Notes: generated from the letters alone by a model not told the origin. 64,000 bases of DNA from an uncultured Pelagibacteraceae bacterium (GCA_902518235.1 CABYFN010000001.1:34668-98667); one strand, 5' to 3'. Positions 1 through 13,518 are shown, counted from the stretch's first letter. Translations and numbers: made by a program.

Positions 1-539
1 ATAATTCCTTCCAAAAATGCTTCATATAATTGTGAAGGGTGTCTCAATTTATCATCATAATTTGGAAAAAAAACTCCCCATTCAGCATTTGTAACCTTTC
101 CAACTAATTCTCCATTAATAAAGTTCGAAATCCTGCCAAATAAAATTCCTATAGGCGCTGTGATAGACACTAAATCCAAAAAAATAAAAATATCTTTATT
201 ATTTTTTTTTGAAAATAAATAACTAGCAATAATTATACCAATTAACCCCCCATGAAATGACATGCCACCATTCCATATCATAAAAATTTCAATCGGATTT
301 TTCAGAAAATAGAGAAAATTGTAAAAAATTACATATCCCAGCCTTCCTCCAATGATAATGCCTATTATTAAATATGAAATATAATCTTCAAATAATTCTT
401 TAATAATACTGTCTTTAATTAGTATTTTTTTACAATAAAGCCAGCCGAAAATAATCCCAAAAATGTATGCTAGTGAATACCACCTAATGCTTAAAGAGAA
501 TATTTCAAAAGCTACTGGGTCAAAATTATTAGTAAACAT
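1..539 (-). CDS. lgt: Prolipoprotein diacylglyceryl transferase (3' part outside window)
   Basis: Not in the ORF track. Read manually from CAT at 537-539: MFTNNFDPVAFEIFSLSIRWYSLAYIFG...IGGRLGYV...GGMSFHGG...GRISNFINGEL...RHPSQLYEA, which are Lgt signature motifs. Confidence 0.95.
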   Translation of the reverse strand, partial: MFTNNFDPVAFEIFSLSIRWYSLAYIFGIIFGWLYCKKILIKDSIIKELFEDYISYLIIGIIIGGRLGYVIFYNFLYFLKNPIEIFMIWNGGMSFHGGLIGIIIASYLFSKKNNKDIFIFLDLVSITAPIGILFGRISNFINGELVGKVTNAEWGVFFPNYDDKLRHPSQLYEAFLEGI

Positions 540-589
540 TTGTAAAATTTATTATAAGCTATTAAACACAATTCTAGTAAATAATTATT

Positions 590-832
590 ATGTCAAAATC
601 AAGGTTCGTATTCGATAAATTTGCAAAACTAATTGAACAAGGTTTGATTAATTACAAGGATGTATCTGATGAAATAATCTCAATATTAAAATCAAAGAGA
701 GATGAAATTGTATTTAAAATGAAACTAGCAAGTAAAGAGGAAGTAGATATTTTGAATAAGAGAATTAGCAAACTTGAAGAAAAGTTAAACGAGAAAAAAA
801 AAAGAAAAAAAACTAGTAAGGTAAAGAAATAG
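590..832 (+). CDS. Small coiled-coil protein, UbiK/BMFP family-like
   Basis: 80 aa with C-terminal 'LASKEEVDILNKRISKLEEKL', resembling the UbiK/BMFP 'LVxREEF' coiled coil. Divergent from lgt, as is common in alphaproteobacteria. Confidence 0.6.
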   Translation: MSKSRFVFDKFAKLIEQGLINYKDVSDEIISILKSKRDEIVFKMKLASKEEVDILNKRISKLEEKLNEKKKRKKTSKVKK

Positions 833-2129
833 TAACTTTCAGCCCACCCAATTTTGACTTATTAAACTCAATATCTCCTCCATGAGACTTTATAATATCA
901 GATGATATTGACAAACCTAAACCAACACTTGATTTAGACTCAGACCTACTTTTGTCTATTTTATAGAACGGTTTAGTAATGTTGCTAAATTCTGATTTAT
1001 CTACACCAGGACCATTATCATCAATTGATAAAATAATCGTTGAATTTTTCGTTTCTAAATTTACTAATATTTTTTCTGCATATTTAACAGAATTCTCGAG
1101 TAAATTATTGATGCATCTCGTGACTAAATTTTTTCTTCCATTGAAATAGATTTTTTTCTTAATTTTTTTGTCAATATTATTATTTTCATAACGTGAAATT
1201 ATTTCATCTACAAGTTCAGAAATATCAAAGGTTTCAGTTTTATCCTTAGCACCTGTGCTTGTAAATTGAAGGTATTCATTCAGCATTTTTTCCATTTCGT
1301 CAACGTCCTTTGAGATTTTTTCTGATAAATTTTTATCTTTGATAACAGCAAGCTGTAGTTTTATTCTAGTTAAAGGCGTTCTTAAATCGTGACTAATACC
1401 AGATAACATTTCAGATCTTTGATTTAGATGTCTTTGGATTCTTTTTCTCATTTTCTCAAATTCTAGACCTGCTTTTCTTATTTCCAAAGCTCCTGAGGGT
1501 CTAAACTCCTCAATATCTTCACCTCTACCAAATCTTTCAGATGCTTGTGCAAGTTTAGTAATTGGTCTTGTTTGATTCTTTAGGAAAATCATTGCTACCG
1601 CTATCATTAAAATTGCAGGAACAGTTATCCAAAATGCAAATATTCTAATAGAGGATGCTTGAATTCTTTCTTTTGGAAAAAATATTTGCAAAACTCCATC
1701 TCTAAATTTTATTCTTAAATCTACAACTTCCTTGTATGAAATTGTATTAAACCAATGTTCTCCAATTTTAGGTTTCAATTCTCTTCTTAACGTCCTATCC
1801 ATTGGACTAAACCATCTTTCAACTTTTATATCTGGTAGTTTTTCATTATCTAAAAACCTAACAGAAAAGCTAAAATTTTTATTGTAAAGGTCCGTAACTA
1901 TTTTTTTATTATATTCGCTCTCATTGTCATAAATATCTATAATAGTTACTATTTCGCTTACCAGAGCTTTTGTTAAACCTTTATTTGTTTTAATCCATAA
2001 ACTATCAAAAAAAACTAAGGATATAGTGATTTGTAATATCACTATTGGGACTGCTACAATTAATAAGCCTCTATAAAATAATCTTTTGGGTAAAATGTTT
2101 TTTAAAAATTTATTCAATCCAAAGGACAT
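813..2129 (-). CDS. envZ: EnvZ-like sensor histidine kinase
   Basis: Two TM segments, HAMP domain, H-box ISHDLRTPLTR, N-box NLLENSVKY, G1 box DDNGPG, G2 box GLGLSI. Confidence 0.9.
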   Translation of the reverse strand: MSFGLNKFLKNILPKRLFYRGLLIVAVPIVILQITISLVFFDSLWIKTNKGLTKALVSEIVTIIDIYDNESEYNKKIVTDLYNKNFSFSVRFLDNEKLPDIKVERWFSPMDRTLRRELKPKIGEHWFNTISYKEVVDLRIKFRDGVLQIFFPKERIQASSIRIFAFWITVPAILMIAVAMIFLKNQTRPITKLAQASERFGRGEDIEEFRPSGALEIRKAGLEFEKMRKRIQRHLNQRSEMLSGISHDLRTPLTRIKLQLAVIKDKNLSEKISKDVDEMEKMLNEYLQFTSTGAKDKTETFDISELVDEIISRYENNNIDKKIKKKIYFNGRKNLVTRCINNLLENSVKYAEKILVNLETKNSTIILSIDDNGPGVDKSEFSNITKPFYKIDKSRSESKSSVGLGLSISSDIIKSHGGDIEFNKSKLGGLKVTISLPY

Positions 2130-2787
2130 ACCCTTCTCCTCTTATAGTTTGTAAGTATTTTGGACTTTTTGGGGTTTCTTCAATTTTTTTTCTTAATCTA
2201 GTAACAATAACATCTATTGATCTTTCTTTATTTAGATCTATTAAACTTGCAATTTCATCTCTTTTGAAGATTTTACCAGGAGAATTTATCATTTTTTCTA
2301 AAATTAGTTTTTCAGTATTATTTATTTTAAGTCTTTGATCATTTTTGAAGATAAATAGCTTTTTAAGGTCTATTTTTATATTGCCGAATTCAATAACTCT
2401 TTTTACCTCTAAAGATTTAGTTTTATTTAAAATATTATTTATTCTTAAAATTAATTCTTTTGGTTCAAAAGGTTTCGTTAAATAATCGTCTGCACCTACT
2501 TCAAGACCTTCAATTCTTTCAGATGGCTCTCCTTTGGCTGTTAATAATAAAATTGGAGTATTAATTTTTTTTTTATAATCTTGAGTAAATTCAAGTCCAG
2601 TTTTTCCTGGCATCATTATATCAAGCACTATTAAGTCAAATTTAATAATTTTAGTCTTTTCAAAAGCATCATTTGAATCTTTTGCAGTTGAAACAAGATA
2701 ATTATTTTGATTTAAATACTCTTTTACTAGATCTCTTATTCTATCATCATCGTCTACAATTAATATATGCGCTTTAAAGTTTCTCAT
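2110..2787 (-). CDS. ompR: OmpR-family response regulator (PetR-like)
   Basis: Receiver domain (VDDD, LDIMMPG, LLTAK, ADDYLTKPF) plus winged helix (RSIDV..RLRKKIE, TIRGEGY). Start moved to the ATG at 2787 (MRNFKAH); the ORF track starts at 2814. Confidence 0.9.
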   Translation of the reverse strand: MRNFKAHILIVDDDDRIRDLVKEYLNQNNYLVSTAKDSNDAFEKTKIIKFDLIVLDIMMPGKTGLEFTQDYKKKINTPILLLTAKGEPSERIEGLEVGADDYLTKPFEPKELILRINNILNKTKSLEVKRVIEFGNIKIDLKKLFIFKNDQRLKINNTEKLILEKMINSPGKIFKRDEIASLIDLNKERSIDVIVTRLRKKIEETPKSPKYLQTIRGEGYVLWIE

Positions 2788-3217
2788 TAATAATTTTTTT
2801 AAGTACTTTGTCAAAACTTATAACATCGTTAGATTCAGAACTTAAAAATGCATCATAAATTCTTTTTTTTTGAGCAGAAAAAATTTCATCAAATATTTTT
2901 TTTCCTTCTTCTGTTAGGTATACATGTTTAACTCTTGTATCTATTTCGTCTCTTTTAAATTCTATAGCCTTAATCTCTACCAAATCATTAAGAACTCTAT
3001 TTAAACTTTGTTTCGTAACCTTAAGCTTTCTTAATAAGCTTGAAATAGTTATGCCTTCATACAAAGATATAAGGTGAATTACTTTATTGTGAGCAGTACC
3101 TAAAGCATGTTTATCTAAAACCTTTTTAGCATCAGCGACAGTTTCTCTATATCCATTGAATATTTTTTCGATATATTCTTTTAATTGATGATCTTTTAGA
3201 TATAAAAGTTTTTTCAT
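2774..3217 (-). CDS. MarR-family transcriptional regulator (PetP-like)
   Basis: wHTH motifs 'LKVTKQSLNRVLNDL' and 'DTRVKHVYLTEEGK'. First gene of the MarR-OmpR-EnvZ unit. Confidence 0.9.
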   Translation of the reverse strand: MKKLLYLKDHQLKEYIEKIFNGYRETVADAKKVLDKHALGTAHNKVIHLISLYEGITISSLLRKLKVTKQSLNRVLNDLVEIKAIEFKRDEIDTRVKHVYLTEEGKKIFDEIFSAQKKRIYDAFLSSESNDVISFDKVLKKIINEKL

Positions 3218-3231
3218 AATGGTAAGTTATA

Positions 3232-3260
3232 TTGACATATTATATATACAAAGATATTTT
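3232..3260 (+). promoter_or_regulatory. sigma70-type promoter for ilvE
   Basis: TTGACA (3232-3237), 17 nt spacer, TATTTT (3255-3260), 18 nt before the ATG. Confidence 0.55.
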
Positions 3261-3278
3261 TTCTAAAAAATAAATCAA

Positions 3279-4160
3279 ATGATACCTTACGATAAAAGAG
3301 ACGGAAAAATTTGGTACAATGGTGATCTTGTCGAGTGGCAGGATGCAAAGCTGCATGTCATTAGTCATGGACTACACTATGCAAGCTTAGTTTTTGAGGG
3401 TGTGAGGGTGTATGATGGTGAAATTTTCAAGCTACATGAACATACAGATAGATTATATCATTCTGCAAAAAGAATGGATATGAACATTCCTTACACAAAA
3501 GAAGAAATAAACAAAGCTTGTAACCAGATAATAAAAATTCAAAATGTACAGAATGGTTATTTGAGACCCTTTGCTTGGAGAGGTAGTGAAATGATGGGAG
3601 TATCTGCTCAAAAAACAAAAATAAATGTTGCGGTAGCTACTTGGGAGTGGGGCGACTATTTCGATCCTAAGTTGAAAATTGAAGGTATTAAGTTAAATAT
3701 TTCTAATTGGAGAAGACCAGCTCCAAATACTATACCGTGGGATAGCAAAGCTGCAGGATTGTATATGATTTGTACACTTTCCAAGCATGAGGCCGAAAGA
3801 CAAGGATATAGCGAGTCATTAATGTTAGATCACGAGGATAATGTTGCAGAGTCAACGAGTGCAAACATATTTTTTAAAGATAAAAATGGTGAACTTCACA
3901 CTCCAATTCCAGATTCATTCTTAAATGGTATCACAAGACAAACTGTTATTGAATTAGCAAAATCAAAAAATATAAAAGTTCATGAAAGAAAAATTAAACC
4001 AGATGAATTAGCAAGTTTTGAAGGATGCTTTTTAACTGGGACAGCTGCAGAGATAACACCAATTTCTCAAATTGCTGAAAATAACTATAAAGTTTGTGAT
4101 CTTATTTTAGATTTATCTGTAAGCTATGGTAAATTAGTAAGAAAGAAGAAAGCCGCTTAA
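3279..4160 (+). CDS. ilvE: Branched-chain amino acid aminotransferase (PLP class IV)
   Basis: LHYASLVFEG, GYLRPF, PLP lysine region SKAAGLY, ESTSANIF, LNGITR, FLTGTAAEITP. Confidence 0.95.
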   Translation: MIPYDKRDGKIWYNGDLVEWQDAKLHVISHGLHYASLVFEGVRVYDGEIFKLHEHTDRLYHSAKRMDMNIPYTKEEINKACNQIIKIQNVQNGYLRPFAWRGSEMMGVSAQKTKINVAVATWEWGDYFDPKLKIEGIKLNISNWRRPAPNTIPWDSKAAGLYMICTLSKHEAERQGYSESLMLDHEDNVAESTSANIFFKDKNGELHTPIPDSFLNGITRQTVIELAKSKNIKVHERKIKPDELASFEGCFLTGTAAEITPISQIAENNYKVCDLILDLSVSYGKLVRKKKAA

Positions 4161-4735
4161 TCTTTATTATCTTCAGATATCGCGTGGTCTATACCTTTCC
4201 TTAAATATTCATATCCAGTATATAAAGTAAGAAAAGCTGAGAGCCACAATAAAATTATTCCAATTGTTTGAGCATTATAGTCTTGGAAATTTATAATTTT
4301 ATTTCCAGTTTCTCCAGTGAGCAAAACAGAAATACAAAACATTTGAAGAAAAGTTTTTACTTTTGCTAGACTTGAAACTGGAAGTTTGACACTTCCTTTA
4401 GCTAAAAATTCTCTTAAACCAGAAATTAATACCTCTCTAGTAAGTATTATTATTGCAGCAATAACTTCATAGTTTTTAATAGTTCCATCCATAACGAGCA
4501 ATATTAGAGCAGTTGCTACTATAATTTTATCAGCAATTGGGTCTAATAACTCTCCAAGTTTGGACTCCTCCTTGAACATTCTTGCTAATAATCCATCTAA
4601 GAAATCAGTAAATGAGGCAATTACAAACAGTGCAAAAGGAATTACATCTCCATAAAAACCTGGCAAATAAAATGCGAAAACAAATATAGGAACAATTATA
4701 ATTCTACCAATAGTTAGATAATTTGGAATTTTCAT
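4157..4735 (-). CDS. pgsA: CDP-diacylglycerol--glycerol-3-phosphate 3-phosphatidyltransferase
   Basis: IPNYLT..R, TDFLDGLLAR, GELLDPIADK CDP-alcohol phosphatidyltransferase motif. Follows uvrC. Confidence 0.95.
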   Translation of the reverse strand: MKIPNYLTIGRIIIVPIFVFAFYLPGFYGDVIPFALFVIASFTDFLDGLLARMFKEESKLGELLDPIADKIIVATALILLVMDGTIKNYEVIAAIIILTREVLISGLREFLAKGSVKLPVSSLAKVKTFLQMFCISVLLTGETGNKIINFQDYNAQTIGIILLWLSAFLTLYTGYEYLRKGIDHAISEDNKD

Positions 4736-4738
4736 ATA

Positions 4739-6574
4739 TTACTCATGAAAGTAATTATATATCTTTTTTGCAACTTTTTCCTCAACTCCTTCAACCGTTT
4801 TTATCTCATCTAAGCTTGCAGATTCAACTGCTCTAGCAGAGCCAAAATGATTTAATAGTGCTCTTTTTCTAATGGATCCAATGCCTTCTATTTGATCAAG
4901 TAGAGACCTGCTAATTCCTTTTTTCCTTTTTGCTCTATGAGCACTAATAGCAAATCTATGTGCCTCATCTCTAATTCTTTGTAAAAAAAATAAAGTTGGA
5001 TCATTTTTTGAAAATTTTATTTCTCTTCCATTATGAAAAAAAGTTTCATTTCCACTATTTCTAAGTTTACCTTTGGCAATAGCAATTACTGGAATGTCAT
5101 TTAAACCTAGTTCATTCATTGTATCTCTTGCAGATGAATATTGACCTTTGCCACCATCTATTAAAACTAAATCAGGCAAACTAAGAAAATTTCCTTTTTC
5201 CTGCATGGCTCTTTTGAACCTTCTACTTAACACCTCTTTCATCATACCATAATCATCTTGTTTAAATTTTTCAGTTTTTATATTAAATTTTCTGTATCTT
5301 TTTTTTATAAAACCTTCTTCCCCATAAGTTATTAAAGCCCCAACACTATCTGTTCCTTGAATATGACTATTATCATAAACCTCTACTAAACTAATATTAT
5401 TATCTATCTTAAATTTTTTAGAAACTTCATCTAATAAATCTCTATTATTTTGACTTTCATAAAGTTTTCTATTTAAACTATTTTTTGCATTTCTAATTGC
5501 TAAGTTTATTACTTTTAACTTAGATCCTTTTTTTGCTGTGGAAATACTAATTTGTTTTCCCTCTTTTTTAGTTAAAGTTCTTTCTAATAATTTTTTTTCT
5601 CTAATTTCATTACTAATTATTATTGATCTAGGTACTGCTTTATTTTCATAGAATTGAGATACAAAAGAATTTAAAATTTCACCTAAACTTTCGTCTGGGT
5701 CATGTTTTGGAAAAAAAGCTTGATTACCCCAATTTTGCTTTGATCTATAAAAAAAAACTTGAATGCAAGCTTTACCAGACTCTTTGTAGCCAGCAACTAC
5801 ATCAGCTTCAATTAAATTGGCTTCGCTTATAGTAAGCGAGGATTGAATAATGTTAAGAGATTTGATTTTATCTCTCATAATTGCTGCTTTTTCAAAATCT
5901 AATTCATCGCTAGCATCTTCCATTTGTAAAGAAAGAGTTTTTTGAATTTTTCTTGATTTACCTTTGCTTAAAAATTCATCAGCTGCATCGACAAGTTTTG
6001 AATAATCTTTTTCGTTTATTTTACCACCACAAGGTCCAGCACATCTCTTGAGATAATAGTTAAAACAAGTTCTATCCCCAGCCTCTACTTGTTTATCAGT
6101 ACAAGACCTAATCAAAAAAATTCTTTGAAGAGTTTTAATTGCACTATTTACAGCTAAGGAACTTGCGAAGGGACCATAATATTTACCTGGTTTATTTTTT
6201 GCCCCCCTATGTCTTTCTATTCTAGGAAATTTGTGTTCGGAAATAAAAATATATGGAAAAGATTTATCATCTTTCAAAAGTATATTAAATTTAGGTTTGT
6301 ATTTTTTAATTAGATTTGCTTCTAATAAAAGAGCTTCACTCTCATTAGTGGTAGTTGTTATCTCAATTTTTTCAGTTTGAGACAGCATCCTCTCTGTTCT
6401 AATTATATGATTTTTTTCTGATACATAGCTTTTCAGCCTATTAGGAAGATTTTTAGCCTTTCCAACATATAGAATTTCATTTTTAGAATTTAACATCCTG
6501 TATACACCAGGAAGTTTGGGTATAAGTGGTAGTTCTTTTTTTATTGCCTGTTTACCTAAATCAGAGCTTATCAT
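4739..6574 (-). CDS. uvrC: Excinuclease ABC subunit C
   Basis: GIY-YIG ([15 protein letters not shown]), Cys-rich region, [18 protein letters not shown], HhH2. Likely start is the ATG at 6574; the ORF track begins at 6604. Confidence 0.97.
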   Translation of the reverse strand: MISSDLGKQAIKKELPLIPKLPGVYRMLNSKNEILYVGKAKNLPNRLKSYVSEKNHIIRTERMLSQTEKIEITTTTNESEALLLEANLIKKYKPKFNILLKDDKSFPYIFISEHKFPRIERHRGAKNKPGKYYGPFASSLAVNSAIKTLQRIFLIRSCTDKQVEAGDRTCFNYYLKRCAGPCGGKINEKDYSKLVDAADEFLSKGKSRKIQKTLSLQMEDASDELDFEKAAIMRDKIKSLNIIQSSLTISEANLIEADVVAGYKESGKACIQVFFYRSKQNWGNQAFFPKHDPDESLGEILNSFVSQFYENKAVPRSIIISNEIREKKLLERTLTKKEGKQISISTAKKGSKLKVINLAIRNAKNSLNRKLYESQNNRDLLDEVSKKFKIDNNISLVEVYDNSHIQGTDSVGALITYGEEGFIKKRYRKFNIKTEKFKQDDYGMMKEVLSRRFKRAMQEKGNFLSLPDLVLIDGGKGQYSSARDTMNELGLNDIPVIAIAKGKLRNSGNETFFHNGREIKFSKNDPTLFFLQRIRDEAHRFAISAHRAKRKKGISRSLLDQIEGIGSIRKRALLNHFGSARAVESASLDEIKTVEGVEEKVAKKIYNYFHE

Positions 6575-6986
6575 GACTTCTTTTTTTTGAAATTTGAATA
6601 CCAACAGACGAACAATCTTTCATGATTTCTAATTTCTCAATTTGAAGGCTAATTTTATCAATTCTTTTATCTTTGAATAGTTCATCGAATACATCTTCCG
6701 CTAATGTTTCAAGAAAATTATAATGTTTATTTTTGACTAATTTTTTTATCAATCTTACAATTTTTGCATAATTCACGATTGATTTAATGTCTTTATCACT
6801 AGAAGGTTTTTTATCTTCATAATTAATCTCCAAATTAAATTTTACTTTTTGAGGAGCTTCTTTTTCAAAATCAAAATATCCAAGTTTTAAATTTAATATA
6901 AGTTCTTTTATAAGTACTTTTTTTTCGTAATTGAAAAGGCTTTTGATTTTATCAATCTTTACAATTTTTAAATTATTTTTCTTCAT
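6561..6986 (-). CDS. folB: Dihydroneopterin aldolase
   Basis: [29 protein letters not shown]: FolB pattern. Confidence 0.85.
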   Translation of the reverse strand: MKKNNLKIVKIDKIKSLFNYEKKVLIKELILNLKLGYFDFEKEAPQKVKFNLEINYEDKKPSSDKDIKSIVNYAKIVRLIKKLVKNKHYNFLETLAEDVFDELFKDKRIDKISLQIEKLEIMKDCSSVGIQISKKRSHDKL

Positions 6987-7903
6987 ATTCTAGATCCTAT
7001 ATATTCTAATATAACTGGATTGTAATATTGAAAACAGGTTGCCTGATCCATACTGTGTCCATCTTTAACTTTAAATTTATCTGATTTTTTTTTTCCTAAT
7101 TTAAAACATTTTTTTCCATCAATTGTATAATCTTTAGATATAACAACTCTTTTCATTCCATCAATTTGATCCAACCAATCAGAAGTCAATCCTTCAAAAG
7201 GATCTTTTGGATGAGTAAAAGCTAATAGTGGAATTTTTAAATTACTTAATATCTCATTGTTATACTGGGCTCTTAAATCGTATTGTGCAGGTTTTTTTTC
7301 TTTAAATTTAGCTAAACCCTCTTCTAATCCTAATTTTGATACCTTATATTTTTTGCTTAGTCTATCAAAGCACGCTTGCATATATGCTATTCCTCCCCCA
7401 GCTTTGTCAGGATGTCTTGAAAAGAATAGTAGAGTTGTTAATCCACCACAAGAATGCCCAGTGACAAATATCTGTTTTCTAGGAACGCCTAGAGAAACAA
7501 GTTTTTCTACTAACTCTAAATTTTGTTCTACTCTTTTGTCTAATTTAGATTTACCTTCATATGGTTTTTTTGAAAACCACCATTTTTTGCCCATATCTCC
7601 TTCTATTTTATGTGCACATAAATTATAGAGCATAATTTTTTTTCCATTAATTTGTTCACCTACCAAAGAAACACGATTTCTGATTTGATCAATAGATGTA
7701 CAAAAATTTTGTTTTCCATCAAAATTACTTTGACCATGGTTATTGATTAAAATTATTTTATTAGTCGGATCTTCAATTGTTGATAATTTAGTTACTTTAA
7801 ATTTCTTTGATAAAAATCCATCTTTCTTAATGTTATGACTATCAGCGAATGATGTTGATATTGTCAGAATAAATATTGATAAAAATAAGTATAAATTTTT
7901 CAT
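6983..7903 (-). CDS. Exported alpha/beta-hydrolase fold protein of unknown function
   Basis: Signal peptide ([20 protein letters not shown]), HG motif, nucleophile elbow GHSCGG, candidate Asp (HPKDPF) and His (DGHSM). Confidence 0.75.
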   Translation of the reverse strand: MKNLYLFLSIFILTISTSFADSHNIKKDGFLSKKFKVTKLSTIEDPTNKIILINNHGQSNFDGKQNFCTSIDQIRNRVSLVGEQINGKKIMLYNLCAHKIEGDMGKKWWFSKKPYEGKSKLDKRVEQNLELVEKLVSLGVPRKQIFVTGHSCGGLTTLLFFSRHPDKAGGGIAYMQACFDRLSKKYKVSKLGLEEGLAKFKEKKPAQYDLRAQYNNEILSNLKIPLLAFTHPKDPFEGLTSDWLDQIDGMKRVVISKDYTIDGKKCFKLGKKKSDKFKVKDGHSMDQATCFQYYNPVILEYIGSRI

Positions 7904-8655
7904 TCTTTTCCACCCATTATATCTGGAGTTTGCCAGTTTAAGTTTTGCCCACTATCAATTGCTAAAACTTGTCCAGTAATAGACACATTTTTTATAAAAA
8001 AATCAACTGCATTACATATTTGTTGAACATCAACTTGTCTTTTTAGGGGTGTTGCCATGTATTGTTTTTTAAAATGTTTTTCACTTTGTCTCTTATTTTT
8101 AATTGTAGGACCAGGGGCAATTCCATTTACTCGAATTTTTGGTGCTAAGCTCATAGCACTAGTTTTTGTTAGTGTGTAAAGTCCAGTTTTACTTATTGTA
8201 TATGAAAAAAAATAGGGAGTAAGTTTGAAAACTCTTTGATCGATAATATTTATTATATTATTATTTTTTCCTTTAATATTTTTAGCAAACTCTTTTGATA
8301 AAAGTGCAGGAGTTCTTAGATTAGTTCTTAAATGATGACCCCAGCTATCTGTGGTAAAGTTTTCTAATTTATCATTTTCAAACAGAGAAGCATTATTTAT
8401 CAAACAATCAAAATATTTTAATTTGGATTTTGCAAATTTAACAATCTTATTTACATCACTTTCAACACTTAGATCACCTTTAACTAAGTAAACTTTGGTT
8501 CCATTTTTTGACAATTCTTTCTTTAGTTTTTCAGCACTTGATTTTGACTTATTATAATGAATTACTATTTCTACTCCCTTACCAGAAAGTTTTTTTGCAA
8601 TTGCTGCACCAATTCGTGTGGCTCCACCAGTAATTATGATTTTATTTGCTTCCAT
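7900..8655 (-). CDS. SDR oxidoreductase, pteridine reductase/FolM-like
   Basis: TGGATRIG (PTR1/FolM-type cofactor motif), HYNKS, NNAS, YTISK, VNGIAPG. Close to folB. Confidence 0.85.
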   Translation of the reverse strand: MEANKIIITGGATRIGAAIAKKLSGKGVEIVIHYNKSKSSAEKLKKELSKNGTKVYLVKGDLSVESDVNKIVKFAKSKLKYFDCLINNASLFENDKLENFTTDSWGHHLRTNLRTPALLSKEFAKNIKGKNNNIINIIDQRVFKLTPYFFSYTISKTGLYTLTKTSAMSLAPKIRVNGIAPGPTIKNKRQSEKHFKKQYMATPLKRQVDVQQICNAVDFFIKNVSITGQVLAIDSGQNLNWQTPDIMGGKE

Positions 8656-10808
8656 TTCTTTTTACCTTTTTGAGCTCTTGTTCCTGGCATGCCCATAGTT
8701 GATCTTCCTTTTGGATAAATTTTATTATTTAGGCTATATTGTTTTACTTTAGGGTTGAGTGTAACTTCTAACTCGGTACTTTCAAGCTTTCTAATCTCAT
8801 CTCTTATTTTAGCCGCCTCTTCAAACTCTAGATTTGTAGCAGATTCTTTCATTTTTTTGTTAAGTGCCTTGATATGTTTTTTTAAGTTGCCACCAACATT
8901 TGCTCCAGTTCCAATTTTTACGTAATCTTTTTCATAAACACTCTCTAAAACATCACTTATTTCTTTTCTTACTGTAGACGCGGTTATTTTATTTTTTTTA
9001 TTATATTCGATTTGGATATTTCTTCTTCTTTCTGTTTCCTTAATTGCTTTTTTTATACTTTTAGTTTCTTTATCAGCATACAAAATTACCTTGCCATCCA
9101 AGTTTCTTGCAGCTCTTCCAATTGTTTGAATTAATGAAGTTTCAGACCTTAAGAAACCCTCTTTATCAGCATCTAATATCCCAACTAATGCACATTCTGG
9201 AATATCCAACCCTTCTCTTAATAGGTTTATTCCAACCAAAACATCAAATACACCCAACCTTAAATCTCTCATAATCTCTATTCTTTCTAGAGTATCTATA
9301 TCTGAATGGAGGTATCTGACTTTGATACCATTTTCGTGTAAATATTCTGTTAAATCCTCTGCCATTTTTTTAGTTAAAGTTGTAACTAAAACTCTATAAT
9401 TTTTTTCTATTGTTTTTACACATTCATGCATCAAGTCATCTACTTGATTTTTTGCTGGTTTTATTTCTACAGGAGGATCTATTAGTCCAGTTGGACGAAT
9501 AACTTGATCTATATATTTTCCTTTTGTTTGCTCTAATTCCCAAGGACCAGGTGTTGCAGATACAAAGACAGTTTGCGTTCTCATCATATCCCATTCTTCA
9601 AATTTTAAAGGCCTATTATCCATACATGATGGAAGTCTGAAACCATATTCTGCAAGAGTACTTTTTCTTGACCGATCTCCCTTAAACATTCCATTAAGTT
9701 GAGGAACTGTTACATGACACTCATCAACAAATATTAATGTATTATCTGGAAAATATTCAAATAAAGTAGGAGGCGGTTCGCCAGGCTTTCTACCAGATAA
9801 AAATCTAGAATAGTTTTCAATACCTGCACATGATCCTGTTGCCTCAATCATTTCAAGATCAAACTTAGTTCGTTCTTCCAATCTTTGTGCCTCAAGTAAT
9901 TTATTTTGCTCTTTATGTTTTTTGAGAGTTATTTCTAATTCTTTTTTAATACTTATTACTGCCTGCTCTATAGTAGGTTTTGGAGTTATGTAGTGGCTAT
10001 TAGCATAAACTTTCACTAAATTTAATTCTCTTACTTGATCTCCTGTTAATGGATCAAATTCTTCAATTTTTTCCAGTTTGTCACCAAATAAGCTTAACCT
10101 CCAAGCTCTATCTTCTAAATGAGATGGAAATATTTCTAAGTACTCTCCTCTAGCTCTAAATGTTCCTCTATAAAAGTTTTGATCATTTCTTTTATATTGA
10201 AGAGCTACAAGTGATTTTATTATTTGTTCACGGTTATAATCATAATTTTTTTGAAGAGTTAAAGTCATTTTACTGTAAGCTTCAACTGAACCTAATCCAT
10301 AAATACACGATACACTTGCTACTATTAGAACATCATCTCTTTCAAGAAGAGATCGAGTAGCTGAATGTCTCATTCTATCAATTTGCTCATTTATAGAGGC
10401 TTCTTTCTCGATGTAAGTGTCTGATCTTGGAACATACGCCTCTGGAGTATAATAATCATAGTAAGATACAAAATATTCAACAGCGTTATCTGGAAAAAAC
10501 CCTTTCATCTCACCATAGAGCTGCGCTGCTAGTGTTTTATTTGGGGCAAGTATCAGGGCAGGTCTATTTGTCTCTTCAATGACCTTAGCCATCGTAAAGG
10601 TTTTTCCTGATCCCGTTACTCCCAATAAGACCTGATTAAATTGGTTTTTTTTTGCACCTTTTACTAAATTTTTTATAGCCTCTGGTTGATCTCCAGCTGG
10701 TTTAAAATCAGACTTAATTTTGAATTTTCTCCCACCTTCAAGTTTTCCACTTATTTTGGGATTTTTACTTTGAATATCTGTAATTAAATCTTGATAAGTA
10801 TTTTCCAT
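8634..10808 (-). CDS. uvrB: Excinuclease ABC subunit B
   Basis: [47 protein letters not shown]-terminal UVR coiled coil ([11 protein letters not shown]). Confidence 0.98.
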   Translation of the reverse strand: MENTYQDLITDIQSKNPKISGKLEGGRKFKIKSDFKPAGDQPEAIKNLVKGAKKNQFNQVLLGVTGSGKTFTMAKVIEETNRPALILAPNKTLAAQLYGEMKGFFPDNAVEYFVSYYDYYTPEAYVPRSDTYIEKEASINEQIDRMRHSATRSLLERDDVLIVASVSCIYGLGSVEAYSKMTLTLQKNYDYNREQIIKSLVALQYKRNDQNFYRGTFRARGEYLEIFPSHLEDRAWRLSLFGDKLEKIEEFDPLTGDQVRELNLVKVYANSHYITPKPTIEQAVISIKKELEITLKKHKEQNKLLEAQRLEERTKFDLEMIEATGSCAGIENYSRFLSGRKPGEPPPTLFEYFPDNTLIFVDECHVTVPQLNGMFKGDRSRKSTLAEYGFRLPSCMDNRPLKFEEWDMMRTQTVFVSATPGPWELEQTKGKYIDQVIRPTGLIDPPVEIKPAKNQVDDLMHECVKTIEKNYRVLVTTLTKKMAEDLTEYLHENGIKVRYLHSDIDTLERIEIMRDLRLGVFDVLVGINLLREGLDIPECALVGILDADKEGFLRSETSLIQTIGRAARNLDGKVILYADKETKSIKKAIKETERRRNIQIEYNKKNKITASTVRKEISDVLESVYEKDYVKIGTGANVGGNLKKHIKALNKKMKESATNLEFEEAAKIRDEIRKLESTELEVTLNPKVKQYSLNNKIYPKGRSTMGMPGTRAQKGKKKWKQIKS

Positions 10809-10832
10809 ATATTAAATAAAGTAATAGAATAA

Positions 10833-13046
<2,214 letters not shown>

Positions 13047-13059
13047 TAATTTAATTAAA

Positions 13060-13443
13060 TTATTTGGTTTTTCTTTTTTTTTCTAAACCAAATACTGGTG
13101 AATTTCTAAATCTTAATAGAAGTATTGCTGCCGCAATTAAAACAATTGCTCCTGCTTCATATAATAAGACCTCTGGATTTATTGATTTACCTTGTAAAAT
13201 TATAAATCTTGAAAGCGCAGTGATTGCAATGAATAGTGGAAGAGTTATTTGAATTGATTGACTCTCCCAGAATACTCTTACCATCGCTAAAACTTCTAAA
13301 TATAGAAAAAGTAATAACAAGTCTGCCAAAGTTATTTTTTGGACAGAGATCATTTGGTAAATTTCAATACCAAATGCTATTATTGTGCAAACAAGTATTA
13401 TTACAAGTGCGATAAGCTGAATTTGTTTTACAATGTTTTCCAT
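13060..13443 (-). CDS. psiE: PsiE-family (phosphate-starvation-inducible E) membrane protein
   Basis: Four hydrophobic segments; 'LADLLLLFLYLEVLAMV' and 'PLFIAITALSRFIIL' match the PsiE pattern. Confidence 0.8.
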   Translation of the reverse strand: MENIVKQIQLIALVIILVCTIIAFGIEIYQMISVQKITLADLLLLFLYLEVLAMVRVFWESQSIQITLPLFIAITALSRFIILQGKSINPEVLLYEAGAIVLIAAAILLLRFRNSPVFGLEKKRKTK

Positions 13444-13518
13444 TAATACATTCTTTATAAGTTAAATTAGGAAATTATTCTATGACAAAAATAATCAAAG
13501 AAAGAGACCTAATGCGTA

